DNA of 64,000 nucleotides from Octopus sinensis (lineage: Eukaryota): NCBI RefSeq assembly GCF_006345805.1, contig NC_043007.1, positions 7,998,001 to 8,062,000 on the forward strand, written 5' to 3'. The translations under genes were made by a program, and so were the position numbers. Numbering within the stretch: position 1 is the first letter of the stretch; each line of letters starts with the position of its first letter. Below the pieces are notes generated by a model that worked only from the letters and a program-made list of their open reading frames with translations, did not search any database and was not told the DNA's origin. This document shows, piece by piece, positions 52,291 through 64,000 of this stretch.

Positions 52291-53384
52291 CCCTTCGACG
52301 CAGAGGCACGATTTAAACTCGGAATACTGCAAAGACTCCGAGAATCGACACCAAAACGCATTTTCTCCGACGCTTGAATAGTCATAGATAAACTGCGGCC
52401 CGTAAGAGTTCCTCAGTGGCACGTCTACCGAAAGATTTCCTTGATGTTTTTTTTAGTAATGCGGCCCGCCTAATGATGATCCATATCTCATACAGCTCGC
52501 TCCTCGAAAATGGTCGCCCAATACTGTGCTCTTGAACCGTTGTGAAGTTCAACGTTCTCTTTCAACGAATCTAATTTTATAAACACACCTAAGAATGATC
52601 TGGATATCTGGAACTACAAAAATGTGAAGATTTTAAAAGATGATGGTGAAAACAAGGTGCTTTCCTCGTTCGCCCCTTGGCTACCAAAGTCGGTCGGTGG
52701 CCGCTCAAAATAGATTCTAAACGAAAAAGAGAAACAGACAAAAATAACAACATTTTAATCAGGAGAGAAATCTGTGCAATGCTTCGATTTATTTATTTAT
52801 TTATTTATTCTATCTTTTACTTGGTTTAGTCGGCCTTAAAGGGTTTAGGGGCGAACAAATCAAACCCAGTAATTTCCCTTTTTTTCAAAGTTTGATACTT
52901 TTTCTTATTTGCCGAACCACTAGGTTACTAGGATGTAAGCAAACCAACACCGGCTGGCAATCGGTTGTGGGAGGGACAAACACACACACACACACACACA
53001 CTTACATACGCATGTCTACACTTATCGACACTTATACACACTTATACTTCCATGAACACACCCATACTCACACCTACACACACGCATCTAGACATGCAAA
53101 CACAACTATACACACAACCATCTCAACCCACACGTACATCTACACACATATCTACACACATGCATATAAACACACACACACACACAAATCCACACACACA
53201 TCCACACACACACATACACTCACAATCTACAATCACAGACACAAACGCACACACACATACACACATCAAAAGACAATACATATACATCAATACACACATA
53301 CACACACAATCTACAATTGCAGACACAAACATACGTAAGCACACATCTACACACACACACACACGTATACACGCGCGCGCGCGC

Positions 53385-53774
53385 GCCGAGCTGTCAGAGT
53401 CATTAGCACGCCGTGCGAAATGCGTAAACCGTATTTCGTCTGCCGTTACGTTCTGAGTTCAAATTCTGCCGAGGCCGACATTGCCTTTCATCTTTTCAGG
53501 GTCGATTAAATAAGTACCAGTTACGCACTGGGGTTGATGTAATCGACTTAATTCGTTTGTCTGTTCTTGTTTGTCCTCTCTGTGTTTAGCTCCTTATGGG
53601 TAGTAAAGAAATAGGTATTTCGTCTGCCGCTACGTTCTGAGTTCAAATTCCGTTGAGGTCCAGTTTGCTTTTCATCCTTTCAGGGTCGATAAATTAACTA
53701 CCAGTCAAGTACTGGGGATGATCTAATCGACTAACCCCTCCCCACAAAATCTCGTGCCTATGGTAGAAAGGATT
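53385..53774 (+). mobile_element. Dimeric SINE family A
   Basis: Same two-unit architecture as 36262-36642. Confidence 0.85.
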
Positions 53775-53779
53775 ACTGC

Positions 53780-54161
53780 TGCTTTTGTTATTGTTTGTGG
53801 TGGTGATGGTGGTGGTGGTGGTGGTGTGTGGTGGTGGTGGTGGTGATCGTGGTCGTAGTGGTGGTTGTGGTAGAAGTTTTCCTGGTTATCTAGTTGGTAT
53901 AGCGCTGGTGGTGGTGGTGTTGGAAGTTTTGATGGAAGTAGTGGTGGCAGTGGTGGTGATGATGGTGGTGGTGGCGGTGACAGTGGCGGCAATGGTTCTG
54001 ATGGTAAGACTGGTTGGTGATGACGGCGGTGACAGTGGCGGCATTAGTATTCTTAATAACGATAATAAAGTAGGAAAAGAGATCTAACGGAACAGCACAA
54101 CGAGGATGGAACCATTCTTGTGAATGGAATACAAAAGCACAAATTTGATTTGAAACAATCG

Positions 54162-54192
<31 letters not shown>

Positions 54193-54206
54193 AATCATCA
54201 TCATCA

Positions 54207-54244
<38 letters not shown>

Positions 54245-54700
54245 GCTGTTGGTGTTTTTATATTAATATTATTATTGTTATATGCGGTATCGAACTTTCC
54301 CAAGGCACACAGGAGACACCCCGCTCCTGCATGCCTACCGTCACTCTTGGCCAAGTCGTTCTTCTCAGATGTGTGAAAATCTCAAGTTAATTCCATTTGA
54401 AGCCATTCTGACAGTTTCACTGATTCTGAGACATTGGACATCTGTTGGGACAGCAAGCAAAACAAAAGCAATAAGGAGAGAAAGGAGGACGAAAGAGGAG
54501 AAGAAGATGATGATGATGATGATGAGGAGGAGGAGGAGGAGGAGGAGGAGGAAGCAGAAGCAGAAGACGAAGAAGAAGAAGAAGAGAAGAAGAAGAAGAA
54601 GAAGAAGAAGAAAAATAAAAAGAAAAAGAAGAAGAAGAAGAAGAAGAAGAAGAAGAAGAAGAAGAAGAAGAAGAAGAAGAAGAAGAAGAAGAAGAAGAAA
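53780..54700. repeat. Clustered (GGT)n, (CAT)n, (TTA)n, (GAG)n and (GAA)n trinucleotide arrays
   Basis: Direct inspection. Confidence 0.9.
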
Positions 54701-55239
54701 AGAAGAAACAACGAGAACAAGCTTAAAAGTGTGAGGAAAAGAACAACAAAAATAGAGGAGAAACAAGAAAACGAAAAGAAAAAGAGGAAGGGAGAAGGAG
54801 AAGAAAGAGGAGAAAAAATACGTTTAAAACATAAATATATTTGAAAAATGAAGGAATGAGAGGGAATAGTCCATTCGGTTCATCATAGACGACGTGTTCA
54901 GTAATTCTGTCTGTCATGTTTGATGAAGTCTTTCGCCTACTTAATAATATACTGGCTTTGATATGGGGTGGTGTGCTCGAAATATTAATGAAGCTACCTA
55001 AAGAAACTGTTCTTTGCATGTGTGTATGTAACGGATAAGATGTGCGCACGGATATACGGATATGTGGTTAGATCTATATAGCTAGCCATATACATATTCA
55101 TGTATATGTTTATACATACATATACATACTCTCACATGCATACATACATACATACATACATACATACATACATACATACATACATACATACATACATACA
55201 TACACACATACATACACACACACACACAATATATATATA

Positions 55240-55440
55240 TTACTCTTTTACTTGTTTCAGTCATTTGACTGTGGCCATGCTGGAGCACCGCCTCTAGTCG
55301 AGCAAATCGACCCCAGGACTTATTCTTTGTAAGCTTGATACTTTATTCTATCGGTGTCTTTGGCTGAACCGCTAAGTTACGGGAACGTGAACACACCACC
55401 AACTGTTGTCAAGCGATGTTGGGGGACACAGACACACAAA
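55240..55440 (-). mobile_element. SINE family B, 3' half
   Basis: TACTCTTTTACTTGTTTCAGTCATTTGACTGTGGCCATGCTGGAGCACCGCC..GAACCGCTAAGTTAC. Confidence 0.8.
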
Positions 55441-55493
55441 CATATACACACACACACACACACTCACACACATACATACACATACATACACAC

Positions 55494-55531
<38 letters not shown>

Positions 55532-56057
55532 GGATGTATAGGTGTGCAATCGGAAGCATGTATATAGGCATTAACACATGTATGTTTGCACAGAAACATC
55601 GATCAATCTCTCTTTCTACCAAAGCAGGAAACTTTTATGGCATCATTATTCACCATTCTACATGTTTCGTTTGCTAATGGGAGTTAGGAATTTTAACTTT
55701 CTATACATAAGATATATATATATATATATATATATCCATCTTTCTATGTATGTTTGTGTACATATATAGAGAGAGGGGGGAGAGAAAAAGAGAGAGAGAG
55801 AGAGAGAAAGCAAAAAGGTAAAACAGGAAGTCATCGTGCCTCAGGTAAACGCTCAGCAAATGAGAAAATCAGAAAGAAAAGTCTTTTACGTTTGAAATAT
55901 AAACTCTTCTACTATATAAACCGTATTTGGTGACCTAAAGGATGCACCTTTTTACCCCAAACTGGCTTTAAAAGTCCCCCTGCGTCCAATGCACTCAATC
56001 TAGGCTCAGAACTCGCTCAAAACGGTATCTCTGTTCACAAAACGTGTGCTCCCACTT

Positions 56058-56445
56058 ATTACTCTTTTACTCCTTTGTTTCAGTCATTTGTCTGCGGCCA
56101 TGCTGGAGCACCACCTTTAGTCGATCAAATCAACCCCAGGACTTGTTTTATTAAGCCTAGTACTTATTCTATCGATCTTTTTTGCCGAACCGCTAAGTTA
56201 CGTCGACGTAAACACACCAGCATCAGTTGCCAAGCGATGTTGGGGGGGACAAAGACACACAAACATGCACCCACATATATACATATATACGATGGGCTTC
56301 TTTCAGTTTCCGTCTACCAAATCCACTCATAAGGCTTTGGTCGGCCGGAGGCTCTGGTAGAAGACACTTGCCCAAGGTTCCACGCAGTGGGACTGAACCC
56401 AGAACCATATGGTTCGTAAGCAAGCCACTTATCACACAGCCGCAA
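56058..56445 (-). mobile_element. Near full-length SINE family B
   Basis: Same sequence as 37940-38370. Confidence 0.88.
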
Positions 56446-56622
56446 TCGCCTACCTTATATTTATATCGATTGTAGCAGCAAGAAATTACTTATAATTACC
56501 GGTAATAACATAGAGTTATACAGGTAAGTGGAGCAATTAAAACATTTAGTGATAATTTATTTTACAAAAGCCTAGCCAAGGCTAGGGTGCGTCCTATGCG
56601 TCTTATAGGCCATCAAATACGG

Positions 56623-56675
<53 letters not shown>

Positions 56676-56682
56676 AATACGG

Positions 56683-56747
<65 letters not shown>

Positions 56748-56754
56748 AATACGG

Positions 56755-56788
<34 letters not shown>

Positions 56789-56799
56789 TAGATAGATAG

Positions 56800-56845
<46 letters not shown>

Positions 56846-56847
56846 TA

Positions 56848-57057
56848 CGAGGGGTAGTGAAAAGTTTCTGACTCTAAGGGTATCGCGAAAGGTCTGGCGG
56901 AGGCCCAACTTCCTGGGTTCTTTTACAGGGCCTAGAAAATCTGAAGGACTGCTGTAATAAGTGTGAGAATCTGAGAGGAGAATACTTTGAATAAAATCCT
57001 AATTAACTGATCCTTCTGTATTTTCTTTTACCCCAAAGCAGGAACTTTTCAGCACCT

Positions 57058-57063
<6 letters not shown>
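56848..57063 (+). mobile_element. Mariner-derived MITE (~215 bp)
   Basis: TA-CGAGGGGTAGTGAAAAGTTTCTG...CAGGAACTTTTCAGCACC imperfect TIRs; retains [21 protein letters not shown], resembling a transposase C-terminus. Confidence 0.7.
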
Positions 57064-57096
<33 letters not shown>

Positions 57097-57102
57097 ATAT
57101 AT

Positions 57103-57146
<44 letters not shown>

Positions 57147-57399
57147 TGTGTGTGTGAGTATGTATGTATGTATGTATGTATGTATGTATGTATGTATGTA
57201 TGTAGTATGTATGTATGTATGTATGTATGTATGTACCAGTTCTTCCCAGAGCTAAGTTTTTGGTTTCTAAGAAAGAATCAATTCTCTTTCATTGGAACTC
57301 AGATAAGAAAAATTATAAGAGCTCTATAGTGAACTTGAGAAAAATCGTTCAATTTTTTTTTTTTTCACCCCTTTTCAGATTATACTGGCACAGTTCGCT

Positions 57400-57800
57400 T
57401 TGGCTTTTATCATTCTTTTCCTGAAAATCCTAGCTTTTCTAGCTTGCCATGCAAACATTGAGTAACATAAATGCCATCAATACGAATTTATAATCTGGGT
57501 GGAGCAGCGGCACATTGTGAAATCGTCGTCTCTAGATTTTGCTTCTTTTACTGATCTGGGAAGAAATGTTCACATATGCCGGGCATCCGGTCGCTTTGAA
57601 TATACAGGATATTTGAGTTTGTTGTCACATACAGCTTTATTAGATCTAGCATACTCTAGTGCTTGCTCTTGGAGAAAGTTGGACGATTTCCTGAAAATGT
57701 TCCACAAATATTCTTTATGTTGATATGCATGTATTCAATAAGAGGGCGTTAGATTTACCCCCAACGAAGACTTTCCTACACATACCATTGTATATTGTTT
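57400..57800 (-). pseudogene. Highly degraded RLE-LINE C-terminal fragment (homologous to 58880-59260)
   Basis: Minus frames give LLHPDYKF and YVTQCLHGKLEKLGFSGKE. Confidence 0.45.
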
Positions 57801-58074
57801 TAATAAAAACGTCATATTACGATAGGAGGTTGTAACTTGACGACATTTTTGATCAGCTGCTGATCACGTGTGAAATAGCTTCCGGAGACATAATCGACAT
57901 TTTGAATGACGTCTTCAGGGCGAACGAGCTTTACTTTATGTATGTATGTATGTCATTATTCAGTTTATTTCAAGATTTCTTGCCAATAGAGAAAGAACCG
58001 ATTTGTAACCTAGATCCAAGTTTCTTTCATTGCAATTTCAACATCAGCAACAGGGTATTTTTATTTGTTTATTT

Positions 58075-58174
58075 GTATGTATGTATGTATGTATATATAT
58101 GTATGTATGTATGTATGTTGTATGTATGTATGTATGTATGTATGTATGTATGTATGTATGTGTATGTATGTATG

Positions 58175-58210
<36 letters not shown>

Positions 58211-58354
58211 TGCGAGTATGTATGTATGTATGTATGTATGTATGTATGTATGCGAATATGTATGTATGTATGTATGTATGTGTATGCGAGTATGTATGTA
58301 TGTATGTATGTATGTATGTATGTATGTATATATATATATGTATGTATGTATGTA

Positions 58355-58390
<36 letters not shown>

Positions 58391-58668
58391 TGTATGCGAG
58401 TATGTATGTATGTATGTATGTATGTATGTATGTATGTATGTATGCGAGTATGTATGTATGTATGTATGTATGCGAGTATGTATGTATGTATGTATGTATG
58501 TATGTATGTATGTATGTATGTATGCGAGTATGTATGTATGTATGTATGTATGTATGTATGTATGTATGCGAATATGTATGTATGTATGTATGTATGCGAG
58601 TATGTATGTATGTATGTATGTATGTATGTATGTATGTATGTATGTATATATATGTATGTATGTATGTA

Positions 58669-58704
<36 letters not shown>

Positions 58705-58845
58705 TGCGAGTATGTATGTATGTATGTATGTATGTATGTATGTATGCGAGTATGTATGTATGTATGTATGCGAGTATGTATGTATGTATGTATGTATGTA
58801 TGTTATGTATGTATGTATGTATGTATGTATGTATGTATGTATGTG
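58075..58845. repeat. (TATG)n array with recurrent TATGCGAG/TATGCGAA variant units
   Basis: Direct inspection. Confidence 0.95.
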
Positions 58846-58879
58846 TAGATTTGTATGTTTTATGCATATATTCTCATGC

Positions 58880-59260
58880 ATATACTTCCATATCTAGACA
58901 TGCTCGAATGATAAACTTCTGGAAAGTTTTACAGATTTTTACAGTTCCAGTGATGGATTACATCTGTAGTCTTTGAATTAGCTTTCTCCTTTCTGGTTTT
59001 GAGAATCCTAATTTCTCATGATTCGTATTTAGGCACTGTGTTACATATCCCAGGGCCCCAATAATTACAGGTATAAACCTGAACTTGTAATCTGGATAGA
59101 GTAACTGTTGATATCTCAATAGTTCAGCATAGATGTTTTCTTTTTCACTGATTTTCAGCTTTATGTTAACCTCCAATGGGTAGCTAATTTTCACGACTGT
59201 ATAAAGTTTCTCTTCTTCATCCCAGGTCTGGTGTGCTTACATTTTATTGCGGTATTCATT
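58880..59260 (-). pseudogene. RLE-type non-LTR retrotransposon C-terminal fragment (R4/NeSL-like)
   Basis: ISYPLEVNIKLKISEKENIYAELLR..LLYPDYKFRFIPVIIGALGYV. Confidence 0.7.
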
Positions 59261-59404
59261 AGTACATTCCACCAGTACTCCTTATTATGAGTCGCTATGG
59301 CTTCTACTATATTGTGGGTTTTTATTTCTGTCCTCAGGATTATCCCTCCCACGGATTTTATTGTATGTATGCATGTATGTATGTATGTATGTATGTAGTG
59401 CGTG

Positions 59405-59442
<38 letters not shown>

Positions 59443-59829
59443 TGTGTATGTGTGTGTGTGTGTGTGTGTGTGTTATTCAGTTTTATTTCAAGAATTCTTG
59501 CCTATAGACAAGGGCCGGGGAACAGGGAGTGCAAGCGCAGCCCCTAAAACTTTTAGCAGGTGCAAAATCAAAATTTGCACCCCCTACATACTTTGCCAGG
59601 TTTAGAAAACAGTGTCTAAAAATTGATCTGTAAAAAGTTGCTTTAAGTTAGGTTCCTTCTCAAAACAAGAAACAATGGACAAAAATAAATTTCTAAAAAG
59701 TCCAGAATGCTTACTGATGAAGCTGGCCATAAAATTCCCTAGGTGTAGGAGTGGCTATCTGGTAAGTAGCTTTCCGTTATAAACTTATTGTTGTAAACTT
59801 ATTGTTCGTTGATTCACAATTTTATCTGT

Positions 59830-60040
59830 TTGATCTAATTCTTTTATCTCAGATTCTATATCTTGCAAGATATCACTGTTTTAATTTTCCTGTTTCCAAT
59901 ATTTTCATAGCACATTTTTCTAATTCGAATTTCTTATCTGTTTCTCAGCTAAAGTCATATACTATCTGCAGTGGTGTTTCTAGCTGTTTATCACTTGCAG
60001 TATACAACGTGGGGTCATCCATCTACAAAACGACGGATGA
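59830..60040 (-). pseudogene. R4/Dong-type reverse-transcriptase fragment
   Basis: My translation MDDPTLYTASDKQLETPLQIVYDFS*ETDKKFELEKCAMKILETGK resembles YMDDLKLY..FS.DIGM.FGL.KCA. Confidence 0.55.
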
Positions 60041-60905
60041 TTATCTTACCATTTGTATCCGAGTAATAAAGTAGACTGGAAGATATAGAGAATGTTCTAG
60101 TTGCATCTATTATGTGTCCGTTGGCATTATAGAAATAAGTAAAAGATAAGCAGATAATTAGATATCAGGATGGATGGGCACATGTCGTCATTTAAGTACA
60201 AGAATAATTTACCTTTGTCGAATATATATTTTCAGTGTATCTTATATAAGGACAAATAAAAGGAGGTGAGAGTAATAAAAAGAAAAGGGTTCGTCTAGAA
60301 TCTGAGTTGGCTCTGTTGTGGGGTTCAAATCGCTAGTTTTATAACTCTGAACAAAACTTTCTACAATCCTCCATTTCCAATTTGGCGGGAAGTTTATATA
60401 ACTTCTCTCTGATGTTCACCACTGTTTGTTGCTGAACACCAGCCAATGCTGATTGACCGGAAGGCATTTATGTGAGTGTACTGTTCTCTCAAGGGGCTGG
60501 CCATGCCTTTATGACCGTATGTATAGACTGTGGTTCATAGCTGGAAATCCAAACGAGGGGGTTCGAATTGAGGCAGTGATTTACAGCAGATGGCTGGCTG
60601 GCTGGCTGGCTGGATGGATGGATAGAAGGATAAATTGAAAGACGAATCCATGCATTATTTGCATTATTATGGAGGGTAGATGTGGTGGTGACTCCTGACT
60701 GCCTCTCCACCCCAATTTTCTGAACGTTTGCAAAAATATTGTTATAGCTATTCTATGCTTTCAAAATATTTCTTTCAAATTGCTTTATCACATATGCCGT
60801 CAGCAACATTTGACATTTTCTTATTTGCGATCGAGTGTTAATGTATGTGTAACATGTCTTGATGAATGTCTGTATATGTCAGTGTGCTGTAGTTGTATAC
60901 AAATG

Positions 60906-60937
<32 letters not shown>

Positions 60938-61799
60938 TTTAATGATATGGTTTATATACAGATACTTCTATAGCAATTTTGTAAAGGAAGAAAAAAGAGA
61001 ACTTGTTATTTACATAAAAGTCGCATTCTAAAAATAGCAGATTTATTCAGTTCTATGATAAATGCTGTCAAAACATCCAACAGTAACACAAACACTCACA
61101 AAAAAATAATAAAAAGATGAACGAACAAACAATAACAAAAATATGAGAAACCAAAAAGATAATAAAATAAACAAAAACGATAAAGAAGAACGTCAAACGT
61201 CGCCATCACTTTTAGTAACCATCAAATATTCGATTGGTCAGTTATTTATTTATTTATTCATTTAATAATTTTGGTCAGTTTTCACTGTATCATTTTCCAT
61301 TTATTCATCAAACAATAACACGAGAACTTTTTATTATTATTATTTTTTTTAATCTGTGAAATTAATGTCTGTCCAGATAAGCGCGTGACTCTTCTGTTTT
61401 TGTCATTCTGAAAAGAAGCGGAGTGGGGGAAAAGAGATGACAATAATATAGATTACATATTTATTTGTTAGAAATGTTGTTTGTATTGTTACAATGTCTG
61501 GTCTCCTGTTGATTTCGGTCACGAAACCAGATATCGTAATAAAGACAGCGTTTCGTGTGTTGGTATGTTTCCAGTTTCTTATTCGCCAACAAGCTTCAAA
61601 TTCAAAGAAAAATGGCGCCATAGAGATAAAGGGAGATAATTCTTTCAAGCAATTATACACTTCCTCAAACACATGACTGTCTAAAAATTCCCGAATCAGG
61701 AAAATCAGACGCACCTGTATTCGTTAACAGAGCAGGTGTTTTATTAGTATTAATTAAAAAAACAACAACAACAACAGTATAGTCTCATAATCGCCAAAT

Positions 61800-62620
61800 T
61801 ACTTACATATTACACACCGGAAGTTAATAATCCCTATCTGATGACTGCCGGAGTTGATTCCCAACTTCTAGTATTCATCGCTGCCCGGGACCAGGCATTG
61901 AATACCAACTCAAGGAAAAGGGGTATATACCACACTAGAGCATTGGACCTCTGCCGAATGTGCGGGAAACGGGTCGAAAGTGTGCTTGTGAAAGTCTTAC
62001 TCAGAGAGAGTAGAAGCGTAGATACGACAAGGTAACCCAAAACCTTCACTGGCTACTATGTCCGAAGTATGGATACGAGGTAAAGGGTGCTTAGTACCAA
62101 CATACACCGGAAAAGGTAATGGAAGAAAAGGGGGAGGCAAAAATCCCTTGGAACTTTGACTTCCAGACAGACAAAGTGTTAGAACACCGAAGGCCGGATA
62201 TAGTAACCTTTAGGAGGAATAAACAAGAGAGCTTAATAATGGACGTGGCTGTGCCAGGAGATCGACATATCATGAAAGAAAAAGAAAAGGTTGGGAGAGC
62301 TGAGAATTGAGATTGCTAAGATGTGGCAGCTACGAGAGTCAAACATAAAGGTTGTCCCTGTTGTCACCGGAGCATTGGGTTCAATACCACCCAACCTGAA
62401 GAAACATCTGGAAACTTTAAAAATACACAACAATCTAGGTGTATTGCAAAAGTTGGCATTTCTTGGAACTGCACGCATATTGCACAAAGTACTGTCAGTC
62501 TGAGGTCCTTGCTGTGACTTGAGAGAAAGTAGAAACCCCCGGTGGACAAAATATCTGCAATCAACAATCTCACGAGATTGGATACTGTGCGACATCTTAA
62601 ACAACAACAACAGCAACAAT
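61800..62620 (+). mobile_element. 5'-truncated R4/Dong-type LINE (CCHC + RLE + 3' UTR) ending in (AAC)n
   Basis: FIAARDQALNTN..CRMCG..KIPWNFDFQTDKVLEHRRPDIV..IMDVAVPGD..VVPVVTGALGSI..LQKLAFLGTARILHKVL*. Confidence 0.85.
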
Positions 62621-62629
62621 GGTTTCAAA

Positions 62630-62745
62630 TGTTGGCACAAGGCCAGTAATTTCGGGGAGGAGCTAGGTCGATTACATCGATCCCAGTGTTCAACTGGTTC
62701 TTATTTTATCGATCCCGAAAGGATGAAAGGCAAAGTCGAACACGA
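62630..62745 (-). mobile_element. SINE family A, 3' part
   Basis: GGCCAGTAATTTCGGGG..GTCGATTACATCGATCCCAG..TTTATCGATCCCGAAAGGATGAAAGGCAAAGTCG. Confidence 0.75.
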
Positions 62746-63061
62746 TTGAAAGAAGAAAAAGAAGAATATATGTACGTATGTATGCACGTGCTATGGATGT
62801 ATGAATATACGTATGTATGTATAATCTAAAAGTTAATGGGGAAAGTCAATCGTTTAAATAGAACTCAGAAATGTTTGCTTAAATCATAAGAAAGATAATT
62901 CAGAGTAAATCAAATCACCAGAAAAATGAAGAAAAAATATGAAAATTATTTTAAGCAATAAAAACTTAATCTAAGGCTTCTGAAAAATCAAATTTAAAAG
63001 AAAATGGAGTGAAAAATAAACAGTTTGTAATGAGTATACATTAGAACAAAAATATAGTATA

Positions 63062-64000
63062 CTAGCTTAAGGTGACCCGCTCTACGCGCGGGTGAGGGTG
63101 TGGTTGACAGTTTCTGTTGCTTCCTTTCTGTTTCTTATCGCCGCGTTCTCCCTCTTTGTTTCTCTCTCCTTTCTCTTTCACTTTCTCACTCTCTTACTCT
63201 TCCTTTCTCTCGGACTCTCCCTCGCTTTCTCTTACTCTCTATCTTTCTCTATCTATCTCTCTCCCATTTATAAAAATCAAAAGATCTTGAGTAAGTTAAG
63301 AAAGAAAATATTTTGAAAGATTAATCATAAATATCAGGCAGTGACAACGGAAAGCACACTTGCCTTTTGTACGCGCTACTATTTGAGCGATTAAAAATAA
63401 GGAAAAAAGGATTTCTTTGTTAAATTTAGTACTTATTGTGGGAATTTTTCGACGATTGACCATGCAAATGAAAGCTCTAAACATGGGTTACATGCAGCTG
63501 TAAATTTCTTTCAAAAAAATGAAAACTGTAAACAATAAAAAATAAAAGGCAAAAATACGTAAAAATGAGAAATTTTTTTCAAATTCAAAAATCTTGCCTT
63601 AATTTTCAAAATTTCGAATCCATTTTCCGCGCTTAAATTACAGATCTGCTTCCACTTTACCATGTTGAAAACTTGATTGAAATCGGGAAAAAGGCGTCCA
63701 ATCTAGACCCCCAAGTGTCCCCAAAAATCAATAAAATACCGGTTTTCACAGCAAAGTAACCACTGTAGCGCCCCAAAACGTCTCCCAATCAACTTCTCAC
63801 CTCAAGTTACCCCCTCCTGTAAATTTTAATCCCTTTCCAGCCCCATTTAGAACCCTTTTTACATAAAAATCCAATTTGTATCAACATTCGCCTTCTTCAT
63901 TTTATAGATTAAAGATAATCGCCACTAACCCCCGAAACAACACGAAAAGCCACCATTATTCAAACAGCGCAACCTGTCTATCCCATGGAACTCAATTTTT
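63062..64000 (-). mobile_element. 3' end of a second non-autonomous Helitron extending beyond the window
   Basis: Plus A|CTAG at 63062 followed by ACCCGC-TCTACGC-GCGGGT hairpin (minus: hairpin..CTAG|T). Confidence 0.7.

Noticed and set aside
51579-54844. Pro/Thr/His-rich, poly-Lys and poly-Arg ORFs resembling mucins or basic proteins
   Set aside because: Pure trinucleotide arrays, open in multiple frames, with no splice or homology support.
2009-62745. tRNA-like A/B boxes as tRNA genes
   Set aside because: They are SINE heads continuing into SINE bodies; no complete cloverleaf with acceptor stem was seen.

Overview
A 64-kb window of animal genomic DNA that is extremely rich in repeats and microsatellites. 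The SINE families and the TA/CA/TATG/GATA load point to an octopus genome (inference from recognised repeat families). There is a 100-N assembly gap at 40361-40460. No host protein-coding gene can be named; two weak unique-sequence exon candidates exist (1-90 minus; 51074-51140 + 52181-52290 plus). Nearly all ORFs in the supplied track are translated microsatellites. Real content is transposable-element debris: two tRNA-derived SINE families; Tx1/L1, CR1-like, RTE and R4/Dong-type LINE fragments; a mariner nested in another mariner plus two further mariner derivatives; two non-autonomous Helitrons; and a Penelope-like (PLE) GIY-YIG fragment. The most interesting layer is not visible in the ORF track: about a dozen type-I hammerhead-ribozyme(-like) motifs of several families, typical of PLE termini and mostly ending in (TA)n tracts. 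Two families carry a compensated U3:A8 core (UUGANAA) instead of CUGANGA. Three fold-back structures (3.1 kb, 0.35 kb, 3.1 kb) each place a hammerhead(-like) motif in both arms, all reading outward. Also notable: a Tx1 LINE sitting in a (GATA)n array whose 3' tail is shared with the commonest SINE, and a GC-rich hairpin cluster at about 26.6-26.8 kb. Boundaries of degraded repeats are approximate; no ribozyme activity can be shown from sequence alone.
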